Shown here: one piece after another, positions 11,096 through 24,699 of the stretch
How positions within the stretch are numbered: position 1 is the first letter of the stretch
How the letters are laid out: each line of letters begins with the position of its first letter
Assembly: GCF_018350175.1 (NCBI RefSeq)
Contig: NC_058368.1
Span: 229,092,001-229,156,000, forward strand
Length of the DNA: 64,000 nucleotides
From: Felis catus
Lineage: Eukaryota
Reading direction: 5' to 3'
Notes under the pieces: model-generated
Database searches by the model: none
What the model saw: only the letters and a program-made list of their open reading frames with translations
What the model was told of the DNA's origin: nothing
Translations under genes and position numbers: made by a program

Positions 11096-12885
11096 ATCAC
11101 TTCCTACAGTGTTGAGGAAATAACAATACATCTGAAAGTTGTCTTCTAGCAAAAAATAAAAAAAGTTCATTTATTAGCATTGCTTAGTCCCTATGACTCT
11201 CAAGAAGCTTTTTATTCACATTTAATTCTGCTGCTCATGGCTGGCAGAAAATTGCAATGCATTTTCACGTGCTAAATGCACTTCACACACATTCTTAAAA
11301 GTCAATCCAGCGTGGATCAGCAGTGCTGGAAAGAGAGGCAGACATTGAGAAATGGCACATCAGAAGTGTTAATCTGTCTAAAAGCTCATGAATTTTCTCA
11401 GACAGAGCTTGTCAGACAAACCTTGATTTATAAAGTAAATATGACACTTCCTGTAAATGTCACCTAGTCCTCACCTGACCTTACTGAGCCTCAGTTTTAT
11501 TAGAGCAAGATGGGATTGTTGACCCCACCTCGTCTATTTGTTGCTACATAAAAAGTCTATTCTACTGTCCTAGCTTAATCTCTAGCATACCCAGCATGGC
11601 TTAATCTTTCCCTCTTTTTTCCCTCTGCATTTCTAGATAGATTTTAAAGGCAAATTTAGACACTCAGGCTATAATGTTCTATAATTTCACTAGAACTCTT
11701 TATTCATACTAAAAAATTTTACTCCAGTATTCTCCAAATCTACTTATCAATAGTCTGTAAAGTAATTTAGCCTATAGGAAGAGCTCCCCCAGAGAAGAGC
11801 CAATTTTAATTAAGATATGCAGAAAATTACCAGCCTCATATCTACAAGTCAGAAGGAGTCTAGGATTAGTTTCCATGCTGTGCCTTTGCTTCTGCATCAA
11901 GCTGCAGGATTCCATTAATGACTACCATATTGATCAGTCAGAACAACTTTGTTTCTGCTTTTGTTCCGGGTAGTCTGCCCTACAGCATGGAACAATCTGC
12001 CTCATACATGCTTCTACTGTCATCCAGGAGTTGTCTCTGCTCCCACCAGCCTGAGCATGGCCTAGCACCCTTATAAAAGTGACCCATCCCATGGAATGAC
12101 CCTAAAGCCATTTCAGCCTGACAGTAAATGTCCACAAATGCACTTCTGTGTTCTTACCGTAGGCCTGAATCGACTTAAATATTAATGGCCAAATGCTCTA
12201 TTACCATTTGGAGAAGAAATAGATCTAAGTCACAGGACCACCTCCTCTGACCCATATCTTGACCATTCTGACTTATTGCTGATCCTTCCAACATTCTCAT
12301 TATGGGCCTGCCTAAGTAGTCACCAAATAATCTGTCATTTCAGAATAGATCTACGGAACAATAAAAATAAAAGGAGAGAGATCTAGAACACCATGAGTGT
12401 CCTGCCATTTTCTTCCCTTCTATATTTTTTCCTTAGCATTTTGAAAGTTTCTCTTACACAGGAAAAGAAGTGAAGCATTTTACTTATAATGATAGTAATA
12501 ATAGCTGACTCATAATTTCCATGAAAAATATTATCAATCGAACATGGTTTTTATCCCACTTTCTATTCATGACTTTAAAGAAAACAAAAATGTCTTCAAT
12601 TTCCCATTTATATTTAAAGGTTATTCTTTGTTTACTAAAACATAGTTGTTGTGGTAAATATTACGTAACACATGCTGTAAGTTAAAAAGACATACTATAG
12701 ATAAGTAAAATGCTATATTGCTATGATAGTTCCTTTACTAGAAAAATATTTAAAATAACCTATCCTCAAGAACTGAAATGATACCCAGACTAATGGAAAG
12801 GTTGCATCTACCTATGCTTTTCTTTTGAGAAAATTCTTGATTTTGATTTTGAAGTCGATCAGACTCAACTAAGCCATGACACTTC

Positions 12886-13105
12886 TTTTTTTTTTTTTTT
12901 TTTAATGTTCATTTTTGAGAGGAGAGACAGAGACAGAGCACAAGCAGAGTAGGGGCAGGGAGAGGGAGAGAGAGAATATAAAGCAGGCTACAGGCTCTGA
13001 GCTGTCAGCACAGAGACTGATGTGAGGCTTGAACCCACAAACTGTGAGATCATGACCTGAGCCAAAGTTGAATGCCCAGCCGACTGAGCCACCCAGCCAC
13101 CCCCC
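12886..13105 (-). mobile_element. CanSINE
   Basis: Antisense SINE; TSD agccatgacactt / agccatggcactt. Confidence 0.95.
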
Positions 13106-13248
13106 AGCCATGGCACTTTCTAACTAGTATTGCTTGTTATGATTTTATGTGTTTCAAAGTCCTAATATAAACATAAATAATAAAAGCCAAATGGCGACTG
13201 TTATAATCATGATGTAAAATAAGCAGCCATGCTTGCCTCTTCTTCTTC

Positions 13249-13267
13249 TTTTTTTTTTTGAATATTT

Positions 13268-13307
<40 letters not shown>

Positions 13308-13480
13308 ATGAGTGTGTGAGGAAAGGAGAGAGAGAGAGACACAGAGTCTGAGGCAGGCTCCAGGCTCTGGGCTCTGGGCTGTCAGCACAGAGCCTGCTGC
13401 GGGACTTGAACCAATGAACCGTGAGACCATGACCTGAGCTGAAGTCAGACGCTTAATTGACTGGGCCACCCAGGTGCCCC
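13249..13480 (-). mobile_element. CanSINE with expanded (GA)n
   Basis: Antisense head caggtgcccc ending at 13480; small internal duplication gctctgg-gctctgg. Confidence 0.95.
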
Positions 13481-14809
13481 TGGGCTTGCTTCTGTATCCC
13501 TACATATCACTACCTGACATATGGTATGTGTGCAATAAAGGAAAGCACCTCTGCTTTCATTCTATTTTATTTGAAGTTTCATGGACAATTTCAAATGTTT
13601 TATGACCAGGTCATCTACTTCGTCATTTGAAATGATGGTGGAGTATAATTTAAGCAGATACAATGACTGTGAAATGATACTGAAGTGTTATTAGCAACAG
13701 TCGGTTTTAAATAATTGATCCACTTTATTCTCAACCAGCTGAAGTCACTGAGTGAGTAGTTTCAGGTGTGTATACTCAGTGAATTATAGTCATCAAATCT
13801 AGAAATTATAGAGCTGGGAACATCTGTGGCTTGCTCTGCGTTCCTGGGATGAGGTTTTGACCTCCATGTCATCTGCAGGTGCAGATTTATTCCATTTGCT
13901 TCAAAATGAAAATTGATTCTCTCTTGTCCCATCACAGCACATCATGTAGCAAATTACATCTTGACTTAGAGTTGGGTTGAGTCAGAGGTTTCCACTAATA
14001 GCCACATCTGAGGGAATTCATGACAGATGACTAAGCTGGTGTATCTCTATTGGCAAAGTAGACTATTGCACTCCACTCAGGAATTATGCCACAGTTTTGA
14101 GCCTCACAAATGCTTACACACTAGACATGTTCCTTAATTATAGCAACAGTCTATAAAATTTGACATTGCAAAATAATACTATTGGAGATAATTTTTAAAA
14201 TGATGTTATTATTCAAATATAAAGCTCTTTTACTGAAATTTGTGGCTTTCCTTCTAATATAGAAAAGTTGTCAATGAAAAGCTGTATATAATTTTGGCTC
14301 TTTTATTCTAGGAATAAAAAAGCCTACCAGAAAACATTTTCAAATAATTTTAGATTATATTCTCAATGCTATCATCTAGAGTTATAAAGTGATAGTTTTC
14401 AAATGAGAGTTGGCATCTGTGACTAGAAAAGGGGCAGATGTCTATTTGGGCATCTTTTTGAAGCACTTTGTGGACTGTTCTATCTAAATCTGTGTTTTTC
14501 TCCTCTTATCCATTTCATTTCAACATAATGCTCCTTCTCTTCCTTTTTATTTCTATTATGAAATTATTCTTTGTCATTGAAAACAATGACATTGCTAATG
14601 TCTACACATCTATTTATTAATTCATGCATTACTTTGTGCATTAATTCCATAATTCAACATTTATTAAGCAATTACTTCATGTCAAGAGGAGACCTAATGA
14701 ATATGAGATTAATAGATGAATACATCAATATTTTGATGTATAGTTTACATTGGAGCTGGTGAGCAGAGTTCATGTTTAAAAGATATGATCCTTAAAAATG
14801 GTTGATCTT

Positions 14810-15510
14810 GGCTTCCGGCTAGAATGAAGTTACAGGGACCAAATTTATCCTCTCAGCTTAATTAAAATATTCACCAAATATATGAAACAAAGAGTTCAGA
14901 TTTTGGAGAACTGGCAGTTCAGAGAGTTATCCCTGAAAGAAAGAAAACAAAAACTGATGGGAATGACTTTGCCCCAGATTACAGAATGGCGAAAATTTTC
15001 AAGTCACAATTTAGGGAATAGAGAAACCCAAACTAAGGCTAGCTAATCTTGGTTGAGTTGAGAAACAGCTAAGTATTCATGGAGGTAAAGGCAGCCAGAA
15101 TCCATGGGCTGAGTACTAAGGAGAAGGGTGCACAGAGAGAACTGTACAGAAAGAAAGGTCTAGTGATCAGAGGGTTTCTCGTTGAGTGTTCAGTTGAATT
15201 CCCACCAGTGCATGCACATGAAGAAACTACTGGAGGATAAGAAAGAACCACCAGAGAGAAAGCAGGTGGAATCTCTTCCAAAGCTCACATTTTAGAACTA
15301 TGAGTCAATGTCAAACAGGGTAACATATATGTATTATCTCAATGGAATCATATAAATTTTGTCAATAGACCTACATGTATATGATCCACTGATGTTGACA
15401 AAGGCACCAAGGCAATTCCAAGGAGAAAGGATAACTCTTTCAACAAATAGTGCTGGCTCAATTAGATAGTGATATAAGAAAAATAAATAAATAATAAATA
15501 TAAGATTTGG
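14810..15510 (+). mobile_element. Ancient L1 fragments (L1MC/MD-like 5' region plus an ORF2 piece)
   Basis: 'cttccggctagaatgaagttacagggaccaaatttatcctctc' (old L1 5' end) and 'ttgacaaaggcaccaaggcaattccaaggagaaaggataactctttcaacaaatagtgctgg' (ORF2). Confidence 0.65.
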
Positions 15511-15519
15511 ACATTTCAC

Positions 15520-15815
15520 AATGGGGTTGAATTGTATGCCCCCATCCACTCAAAGAAATGTTGTATTCCTAACCCCTAGTGGCTATGAACATAGCCTTAT
15601 TTGGTCATGGTATCTTTGCAGATGTTACCAAGGTGAGGTCATTATCAATTAGGATGAGCCCTACTCCAGTAGGTCTGGTGTTTTAAGAAGAAGGAAAACA
15701 GCGACACAAGGAGAAGCGTGCCATGTGAAGACACAAAGACATACATACGTGAGGGAAGATGGCCTTGAAGAGATAAAGACATAAATTGGAGTTATTTTAC
15801 CCAAGTCAAAGATGG
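15520..15815 (+). mobile_element. MaLR LTR (MLT1B/C-like), 3'-truncated
   Basis: MLT1 start 'atggggttgaattgtatgccccc', 'gccttatttggtcatggtatctttgcagatgt', 'ccatgtgaagacac'. Confidence 0.8.
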
Positions 15816-15819
15816 ATTA

Positions 15820-16092
15820 TTCCTAGCTTATTTCACTTAGCATAATGCCATGTGGTTCATCCATGTTGAAGCATTTATCAGAACTGCATTCCTTCTTGAG
15901 GCTGAATAGTATTCCATTGTATGTATGTACCACCCTCTTTAATCCGTTCATCCATTGATGGACCCTGGGTCACTTCTACCTCTCAGCTATGGTAGATAAT
16001 GCCTCTATTAGCATGAGTATGCAAATATATCTTCAAGACCCTGCTGTCAATTGTTCCATGTATACCCAGAAGTGAAATTGCTGGATTATATA
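15820..16092 (-). mobile_element. L1 fragment (ORF2 C-terminus/3' region)
   Basis: 'ttcacttagcataatg...ggctgaatagtattccattgtatgtatgtaccac...atacccagaagtgaaattgctggattata'. Confidence 0.85.
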
Positions 16093-16770
16093 GGGACACA
16101 GGTATCCTTTTGCAGTGATGAAATTATTCATTCTTTTGATTGTGATTATAAGGACAGAGTTATAGATGTTTATCATAATTTAATAATGCCGTTTCTTGAA
16201 ATAGATTTCATATAATATGAATTACAAAGATTCATGAAGAAATAGAATGGTAAAACCAAATTTGCAGAGGATGTGAGGCAAATGTGAATCTCACGTTGCT
16301 TATGTAATTGTAAAATTGTCAAAACGCTTTGGGAAAACCAAGTTTTACTCTTTCGACTTAAGTGCTACACTTAAGCCTCCATTCTCACCCAGGAATCTCA
16401 TGTTTAAGTGTGTGCTTGAAGGAAATGAGTGCACTTGTACACAGTAACATTCACAAAAGTTTTATGTCACCAGTTAGAAGTTGGAAACAACCTAAATATC
16501 TATGAAAAGAATAGACAAGTGTGGTCTCTTCTTACATGAACATTTCAGAGCAATGAAACAGCATTCTTCTAATTATCTCACAGCAGCATAAAATGAATTA
16601 TGCAGGAACACAGATGAATCTCCAAACATTATGTTGAGAAAAAAAATATGAACTATCCATTTTTATTTTAGTTTTTTTCTGGGTTGTTACATGGGTATAA
16701 AAATTTATAGAATTGTGCCCTAAGACTTGTGCATTTTACCCTTTGCAGATAATACCTCAAAACCCAAAAA
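16093..16770 (+). mobile_element. Ancient L1 (L1ME-like) 3' fragments
   Basis: 'ttggaaacaacctaaatatc', 'gatgaatctccaaacattatgttgagaaaaa'. Confidence 0.55.
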
Positions 16771-17211
16771 TAACACTTTGACAGTATTTTGACATCTGGA
16801 AAAGCATTTATCAAATGTTTCCATGGATGCGTGCTTACTGCTTCTTTGGGAGAGTGTGAAAGTCTCCTTGCTCTTTCTGGAATGAAGGTTGTAGAGTGAA
16901 GCTTTATATGTGATTTATGTGTGATTCTTCTGTAATGTCTAGTGTTCAAATTAATGCCAGTGCAATTTTTCTCTGCATCTTATCTATATTTGGATTATAA
17001 CTAAAATCATTTCTAAAAATCACTGATTCCAAGAAACTTGTCATGCATATAGTTTTGCTTGGCATATTTGCCTGGGGACTCAGATTCTAATTTGACAAGC
17101 TTCATCTTGGGGCCTTCCTGTCATACTATTTGTAAAATAAATAAAAATTTTAAATTATATTGAGAACAAAGTTCCCAAACCATGTTTCATTCTCTTTCAA
17201 ACATGAGAAAT

Positions 17212-17278
17212 ATGACATAAAATAACAAAGACATAAAATAGAAGACATAAAAAAGAAAGACATAAAATAACAAGACAA
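17212..17278. repeat. Short minisatellite, ~15-16 bp unit (gacataaaataacaa)
   Basis: Four imperfect copies seen directly. Confidence 0.8.
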
Positions 17279-17838
17279 TATTGAACTATTCAACTATATT
17301 AAATGACTAAAACTTAACGAAGATTCTTCTGAATGTAACGTGATATTCATAATTTAATACAGGTCAGAGAAGACATCTAATTCATGGCCAATCCTTTCTG
17401 AACATCTCCTTGTGTCAGGGACATTATCAGCCCCAGACCAGTCAAATATTGTCACACATGCTGACACATTTACTGATAGAAACTCAAGCATGTGTTTAGA
17501 GTGTCACAAAATCCAATGAACTAACACAAATCTTAATTTGTAGAAATAGTTTGATATTTGAGACTTACAAAGGTATTGACATTATTACAATATTTACAAG
17601 TGTCATGGAACAACATATAACTTTGTTGGATTTACCTATGTATTTCTAATTATCTTATTCTGTTCTTGTTTTCAAAACATGTAAGGAAGCCATCATGATT
17701 TTTCAGATGCCAGGGCTGTCACATACAGTGTTATTTGTGCATCCAGTCAATGAAGTGGGCTCTCAAATTTTATCCTTGGAGAGGAAGAGCAAAGAGAGCA
17801 AAGTGTGAAGGCAGGTTCACACTTAGGATTCATCTCCC

Positions 17839-18064
17839 TTTTTTTTAAGTTTTTTTTTTTTTAATTTTTAATTTGAGAGACAGAGAGAGAGAGCGTGAGC
17901 AGGGGAGGGGTAGAGAGAGAGGGAGAGAGAGAGAGAATCCCAAGTAGGCTTGATGTCATCAGCACAGAGCCTGATGTGGGGCTCCATCTCATGTATCGTG
18001 AGATCTTGACCTGAGCCACGATCAAGAGTCAGATGCTCAACCAACTGAGCCACCCAGGTGCCCC
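17839..18064 (-). mobile_element. CanSINE (older subfamily)
   Basis: Antisense head; 'gagaatcccaagtaggct' and 'atcaagagtcagatgc' variants. Confidence 0.95.
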
Positions 18065-18070
18065 ATTTCC

Positions 18071-18142
18071 TCTTTTCTTAAATAACAGAGATCTTGTTAG
18101 ATGAGTTCTTTTCTTAAATAATAGAGATCTTGTTAGATGAGT
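18071..18142. repeat. 36-bp tandem duplication
   Basis: tcttttcttaaataa[c/t]agagatcttgttagatgagt twice, 1 mismatch. Confidence 0.95.
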
Positions 18143-18859
18143 TAACACTTTGAAATTTTAGTTTAGAAAGAATCTCTGTCAGTTCTGTAACAATGAGATA
18201 AGTCATTGAGCAAAGTGGTCTTTTCTCTGGGGGAAAGTAGTTAATTGGTGATATTATCTTATCAGTTTAAGCTGTAGGTATATATGATTCAAGCATTCAA
18301 GTTTCATAATTGATAGGAATAGAAAATATTATAAAATACTGTACTGAAGGTTTTGTATATTTTTTTACTGAACATACATAAGTTATTTATAGAAAAACAA
18401 CTATATATTTTCAGGAACATCTAAGAAGAGAATTACAAAATAAAAATAGATCGGAAGAGTCAACATTGACCAAAATAATCTATAAAAGCAATGTGATCAC
18501 ATTTATACTAACAAAAGACTATTTCCATGGAATAAAATAAACTGATTGTAAATGTACGGAAAAGAGAAAGTTACATCAGGAAAGATATAATGGTATGATT
18601 AACAGAGAAAGAAAGAAAATAAATTTAGAGTTTTAATCTGCCAGATTTCAAATTTTATTTTGAAGCTATAATAATTAAAACATGTAACAATATAATGCTA
18701 GTTAAACAAACTGATCTCTGTATCCATCTATATGATATGTACTTTTCTGATTATACTTATTCATGTTTACATATAACAGTATATACTCATATAAATATAT
18801 TACATATGCACATATATGTACATGTGTAGATATATTATGCATACATGTATGCAGAGACA

Positions 18860-19112
18860 CACTTAAAAGGTCAAAATAAAAATAATAAATTAATTTTAAT
18901 AATATATTTAACCTATTTCCAAAGTAGTATTATTTAAACATGCATTCAACATAAAAAATATTAATGAGATATTTTACAGTCCCCCTTTTTTATGAAGTTT
19001 TTGGAAGTCAAGTGTATACTTAATACTTTCTAGAACATTTAAATTCATACCAGCCACATTTCTATTGTTCAATAGCCACGTAAAGCTGGAAGCCACTATA
19101 TTGAAGAACATG
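18860..19112. mobile_element. hAT-Charlie fossil (MER33-like)
   Basis: 'taaaaaatattaatgagatattttaca...cagccacatttctattgttcaatagccacgtaaagctggaagccactatattg' matches MER3/MER33-type sequence. Confidence 0.75.
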
Positions 19113-20779
19113 TTTCTAGTGAAACTCTAGCTTATGTTCATAGGAAAGACTGAACAAAATGTTTACTGAGAAAAAAAATTGATTTAAGACATTGTTAATA
19201 TCCAACAATAGGGAGCCAGAGAATATCATGTAACATATGATGGGACCAACAAAGTTTTCTTTTCCCTAGAATCTAGGCTATACTTGTAAAGGTATGTAAT
19301 GGCCCAGGGTGGTTTGTTGTAAATTCAAGCAGTGCTTCTTCTCAGGAAAGGAGTATTGGGATTGAGAAAAAAAAACTTCACCATAAGAATTATTTTATTT
19401 TATTGATTCAGGATAAAATTGATCAAGTGATAAAACAACAATAATTTCAAGTCCTGGTTTTTTAAAACAGTGTCCTTCATATCTTACATTTGTTACTTTG
19501 TGAATCTTAAATATTGCGTCTCATATATAAACTTTACTAAATATAGTTCTCTAGAAAGTAGTACAGGATCCATTCGATTTCACTGCTTCTGTCATCACTA
19601 CATCAGTATAACTACCACTATCCCTATTTTATCCGAATCAGAATATGTTCAGAATCATTCCAGCTTTAATTTTTTAAGGGAAAATATTGTAAAAATAACC
19701 CATCAGCTCCGAGGAGCAGAAATGAGGATTTAGGAAAACCGGAAAATTTTCTCTATTCCCTGTATATATTTTCTCTTAGTAACATTTTTATTTTTATCAT
19801 ATGCATGCATTTAAATTTAAAGCCAATTTAAAATTATTTAAGCATATTTCATAATCACAAGCAATTTGGGTTAAAGCTTACGAACACATTCTTGATCTGT
19901 AGAGAAACGTTAGTTTTGGTTTACTTTGATTTTTCTATAGATTAAAAAAACAAACAATGTTATTCAATCTAATGAATCTGATTTGCCTCAATGAAATAAT
20001 AAACTATATAATAAATGAGCTAATTATAAATCAAAAAGTCCTAGGAATAAAAGGATGCAATAACTACCTAAGTTATTACCAAAAAGTATAGCCAGGAAGA
20101 ACATAACTCACACTCTTTCCCTTTGTTCCTATAAATGCCCAAGTGAAGTAAGATCCCTTCCAATACCATCATAGATACACCAACAGAGTTTTTAAATGAA
20201 AAAGCAAGTATTTATAGTACAGTATATCTTAATTTGTTTTCCTACTAATCAACATATTGCTGTGCAATCATACAGCTGCCTCTATTTGGTTTTCCTCTGC
20301 CCAGCATCATCATGAAGATTTACATACATTTTTGGTTTTCTCTTAGCCCAAATCAAAGCTATATTTGCAAGAAGTTGCATCTAAATGACTCATATAAGAT
20401 ATGAAATTAAACATGCAAAACTGATTACTGCATGGAATTGCAGCTGAAACTGTAAAATTTTAGTGCAAACTTAGCATGATTTGAACATTTAACAGTAAAC
20501 CATCATAGCAACTGAACCCAAGGCTTTCCTGAGCTATCAAGCCATTGCAAGTCAGATGTAGCAAACTAAACTGGGTCCATGCAGCAAGACCAACATTTAT
20601 GTATTTAATCCTTAGTTGTAGTGGTCACACACATGTATAATGAGAATTGCAAGGACAAACTTGAAAGGAATATGTTGAAAATTGTTTTGAAAGTGGATAG
20701 TACCCACCACCACTGTTCAGACATTCATGATATAACTGCTACAACAGTGTTTTTCAAACTGTGACCTTTCTTTTCTTCT

Positions 20780-20971
20780 TTTTTTATGTTTATTTGTAAG
20801 AGAGAGAGAGAGAGAGAGAGCAAGTGGGGAAGGAGCAGAAAAGGGGGGGGGGGGCAGATGCAGAATCCAGAGCAGCCTCAAGGCTCTGAGATGTCAGCAC
20901 AGAACCCGACACAGGGCTTGAACTCATGACAGAAGTCAGATGCTTAATCGACTGAGCCACCCAGGTGCCCC
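20780..20971 (-). mobile_element. CanSINE with internal deletion
   Basis: Antisense head ending at 20971; the segment between 'gaactcatga' and 'gaagtcaga' is missing. Confidence 0.9.
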
Positions 20972-21588
20972 TTTCCTTCTTTAAAAAAAAAAAAAAAGAT
21001 AGATAGATAGATTTATTAAGGTGGATTGACACATAAACATTATATATATTTGGTCTGTACAGTGTGGTTTTTAAGGTGTATAATGGGATGACCGAATATG
21101 TGTATACACAGTAGAATGATTACTACAATTGGCTTAATTGGTGCAACCATCCTGTGACCTTTGGAAACCTAGCAGTTGACCAGAGCTCATCTAGGGGAGG
21201 AAAGGGCCTGGAGAAAACCCTTCAGGTTTTTTGGATCACCCATACTGGCTGCAGTCAAAGAAGATTTTCATTGTTTTCTACATTTGGCAAAAATAGGAAG
21301 ATGGTAGAAAGAGATGTGAAACTAACAATGATTGGAACATCCCAAAATCAAGGGGTACATTCTCGAATTTTGTAAGGGGAATGAAGTCAAGGATTGGTGG
21401 TAACTAACACAGGCCAACTGCAAAAAAGTGTTAAAAAGCCAGGCAAGGTGGTTTAATATTACTCCATTATAGTGCTCATGTAAGCTGTATGGTATTCCCT
21501 ACTGTGTTTATTGATTGCCCCAGCATTATCTTCACCCTTCAGGATAATTATAATTTGCCATGAGACCATGGTAGAAAATTCTTTCTAA

Positions 21589-21798
21589 GGGCATCTGGGT
21601 GGCTCAGTAGGTTAAGCCACTGACCCTTGATATCAACTCAGGTCATGATCTCAGGGTTTGTGAGATTACCCCTGCATTGCTGACAGTGAGGAGCTTACTT
21701 GGGATTCTCTCTCTTCTCTCCTCTGCCCCTCCACCACTCACCCATGGGGGCTTTCTCTCTCTCTCTCTTTCAAAATAAGTAAATAAACTAAAAAAAAA
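21589..21798 (+). mobile_element. CanSINE (older)
   Basis: Head gggcatctgggtggctcagt; TSD aaaattctttct on both sides. Confidence 0.92.
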
Positions 21799-22019
21799 AT
21801 TCTTTCTTTCCTCAGACACAAAAATAAATCTTTGTAAAAATCTGGTGATCTAAGAAGATCCTTATCCTTCGGAGAACTAAATTCCAAATGTATTTTTATC
21901 AACAGTCTGATAATTTATACATGACTCTACATATATTGTATATGTAGGTATATATATGTATAATATATAATTTTAATTTATGATGAATTACATTTATACT
22001 TTTTGCCTTTTCATTTAAG

Positions 22020-23430
22020 GATAGGCATAGTATTTTTTAAAAATAACTGAATGACACATTGTATGTAACGGCCCAAGATTGAAAATAATCAAGCAATCAA
22101 TAGGGCACCAGTTTCAAATTTTATGATACATGTACACACATACCCACATACAACTTCAAGGGATTCTGCCCCAGTCATTTGCACTAATCTGCATTTCCAA
22201 AGCAGTGTGTAGCAGTGTGGGTTTCTCTTACTGTATTTTCTCGCAAATACTCAGTGTTTTCTTTTTTTAGTTTAGCCACTTGCTATAAGAATTTGGTTTT
22301 AAACTGCATTTCTCTGCTAATCAATAACCTCATGCAACTTTTCCTAGATTATTGGTCCTTCGGAGATCTGCCCCTGCAAAGTTTCTGTTCATGCATTTTG
22401 CACATTTACCCAGTGTATTATCTCTTTTTTAATTAGTTGCATGTATTCTTTCTTATATATTCAAGACAGGAATCTTTTCACACATGTATCAAGAATATTT
22501 ATATCTGGGGTGCCTGGGTGGCTCAGTCGGTTAAGCGTCCGACTTCGGCTTGGGTCATGATGTCACGGTTGGTGGGTTCGAGCCCCGCTTCAGGCTCTGT
22601 GCTGACAGCTCGGAACCTGGAGCCTGCTTCGGATTCTGTGTCTCCCTCTCTCTCTGCTCCTCCCCCACTCATGTTCTGTCTCTCTGTCAAAAAGTAAATA
22701 AACATTTAAAAAAATTAATAAAAAAAGAATGTTTATGCCTTCTCTCTGTATTGCCTCTTTCACTCTCATGTTATTTTTAATGGACATAATTTGACTTTAC
22801 TATATAAGTTCTCCTTTCTCCATATCACTCTTGTTAAGAGTGGAGATCACTGATTGTAACCAGGTTTAGTGAAATAGCATTCAATATTGATTGCCATTCA
22901 GCTGGATATTAATAGATATTCTCTATCAGATAAGGGAATTCCTTTAAAATACTAACATGCTGAGAGTTTTCTCATGGATTGGTGTTAAGTTTTATCAAAT
23001 GCTTTTTTGGCAATTTCTCTTTTGCTAATATGATTAATTATATTAATTAAATTTTCAATATTGAATCCTTTTGAATTCGTGAGTAAACATCACTTAACCA
23101 TCATGTATTACTTTTTTATCACACTGGGCTAATATATAAGGATTCTTATATTTAAGTTTGTGATAAAGATTGTCTATATTCTCTTTCTTATAAAATTTCA
23201 TCAACTAATAATGGGAAGATTTTGCTGGTCTCACAAGAAGGGTTAGAAAGTCTTCCATATCTTCTATTCTTTAAAAGCGTTTCTGTAGGATTAACATCAA
23301 TTCTTCCTTAAGTATTCAAAAGAAATTCTCAGAGGAGCCCTCTAGCCTTGGGATTTTCTTTATGGAAAACTATTTAATGATGGAGTTAATTTCTTCAAAA
23401 AATATATTACATTCATTTCATTTGTATTTC
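22020..23430 (-). mobile_element. Decayed ancient L1 ORF2 fragments, interrupted by a SINE
   Basis: 'gctgagagttttctcatggattggtgttaagttttatcaaatgctttttt' is a typical antisense L1 ORF2 remnant. Confidence 0.6.
22507..22725 (+). mobile_element. CanSINE (SINEC_Fc)
   Basis: Full-length; TSD aagaatatttat / aagaatgtttat. Confidence 0.95.
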
Positions 23431-23506
23431 CTCTACCAAATTTAATAGTTTGTATTTTCCAAATAATCTGGATAATTCTTTGTGACAACTGTATTGTGGA
23501 AAGATA

Positions 23507-23507
23507 T

Positions 23508-23559
<52 letters not shown>

Positions 23560-23645
23560 ATTGTATGTATATAATTATACATATATTATATATGTATGTA
23601 TTATATATGTATGTATTGTATATAATTATATTATTCATATATATG
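23507..23645. repeat. (AC)n/(AT)n compound microsatellite and AT low-complexity
   Basis: Seen directly. Confidence 0.9.
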
Positions 23646-23745
23646 ATATTTGTTTGATATTTTGAACAACTACAGGGAGTTCTTTTTTTCATTCACAATA
23701 TTGGAAAACTTAATTTTCTATCCTTTTAAAAATAGTTTGCAACCA

Positions 23746-23906
23746 GGCACCTGGATGGCTCAGTCAGTTAAGCATCTGACTTTGGCTCAGGTCATGATCT
23801 CGAGGTTCATGAGATGAAGCCAGCTTCAGGCTCTGCATTCTCTCTTCCTCTCTTTCCCTCTCTCTCTGCCCGTCACTCATTTGCACTCTGTCTGTCTCTC
23901 TCTCTG

Positions 23907-23938
<32 letters not shown>
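23746..23938 (+). mobile_element. CanSINE with long poly-A and internal deletion
   Basis: Head ggcacctggatggctcagtc; flanks agtttgcaacc / agcttgcaacc. Confidence 0.92.
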
Positions 23939-24008
23939 GCTTGCAACCTACAAGAAATTACAAGTTCAGTACACAGAACTTTGATATATCTCACCTACAA
24001 TATTCAAA

Positions 24009-24229
24009 TTTTTTTTTTAAGTTCATTTATTTATTTTGAGAGAGACACAGAGAGGGCTTGCACACATGAGTGGGGAAGGGGTAGACTGAGAGGGAGAGAG
24101 AATCCCAAGAAAGCTCCATGCTAATAGTGCAAAGCCTGATAGAGGGCTGAAACCCAGGAACCATGAGATCATGACCTGAACCGAAACCGAGAGTCAGATG
24201 CTTAACCGAATGAGCCGCCCAGGTGTCCC
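24009..24229 (-). mobile_element. CanSINE (older)
   Basis: TSD acaatattcaaatt / acaatatccaaatt. Confidence 0.93.
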
Positions 24230-24699
24230 AACAATATCCAAATTGTTAATATCATGCCATCTCTGTTCCATAATTTTCTTTCTTTCTCTCTGTATATTTA
24301 CCTATCATCTAACTGTAATGTGTCTATATGCAAAATCACCCTAAAATGCTCTACCATATACCTTCTTGACCAATGACAATTCATTAGTTCCATAGAACCT
24401 TGGTGATAAATAAATCAATATAGAGATATAGATACTATTCTAACTTACCTGTTTGTCATACATACACTTAGTTTTCATTGATGGCACCCAGCTGTATCAA
24501 TCACCATTACAATGATTTCTAAATAGGAATTATCTATTTCTATCAGACTCTATGGAATATCAGTTCGAATTTTACTTTAAGGGAGAGCTTTATCTTCTGT
24601 TAATGTATTAATTTATCTATTCATTTATTTAGATTAGTACATACTAATGGATATCTATTGTGCTCAATCTAGAGGTTGTTCAAATTACTGTTCTTCTGT

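Noticed and set aside
17212..17278. Short repeated units as a CRISPR-like array
   Set aside because: Eukaryotic context and no unique spacers; a simple minisatellite.
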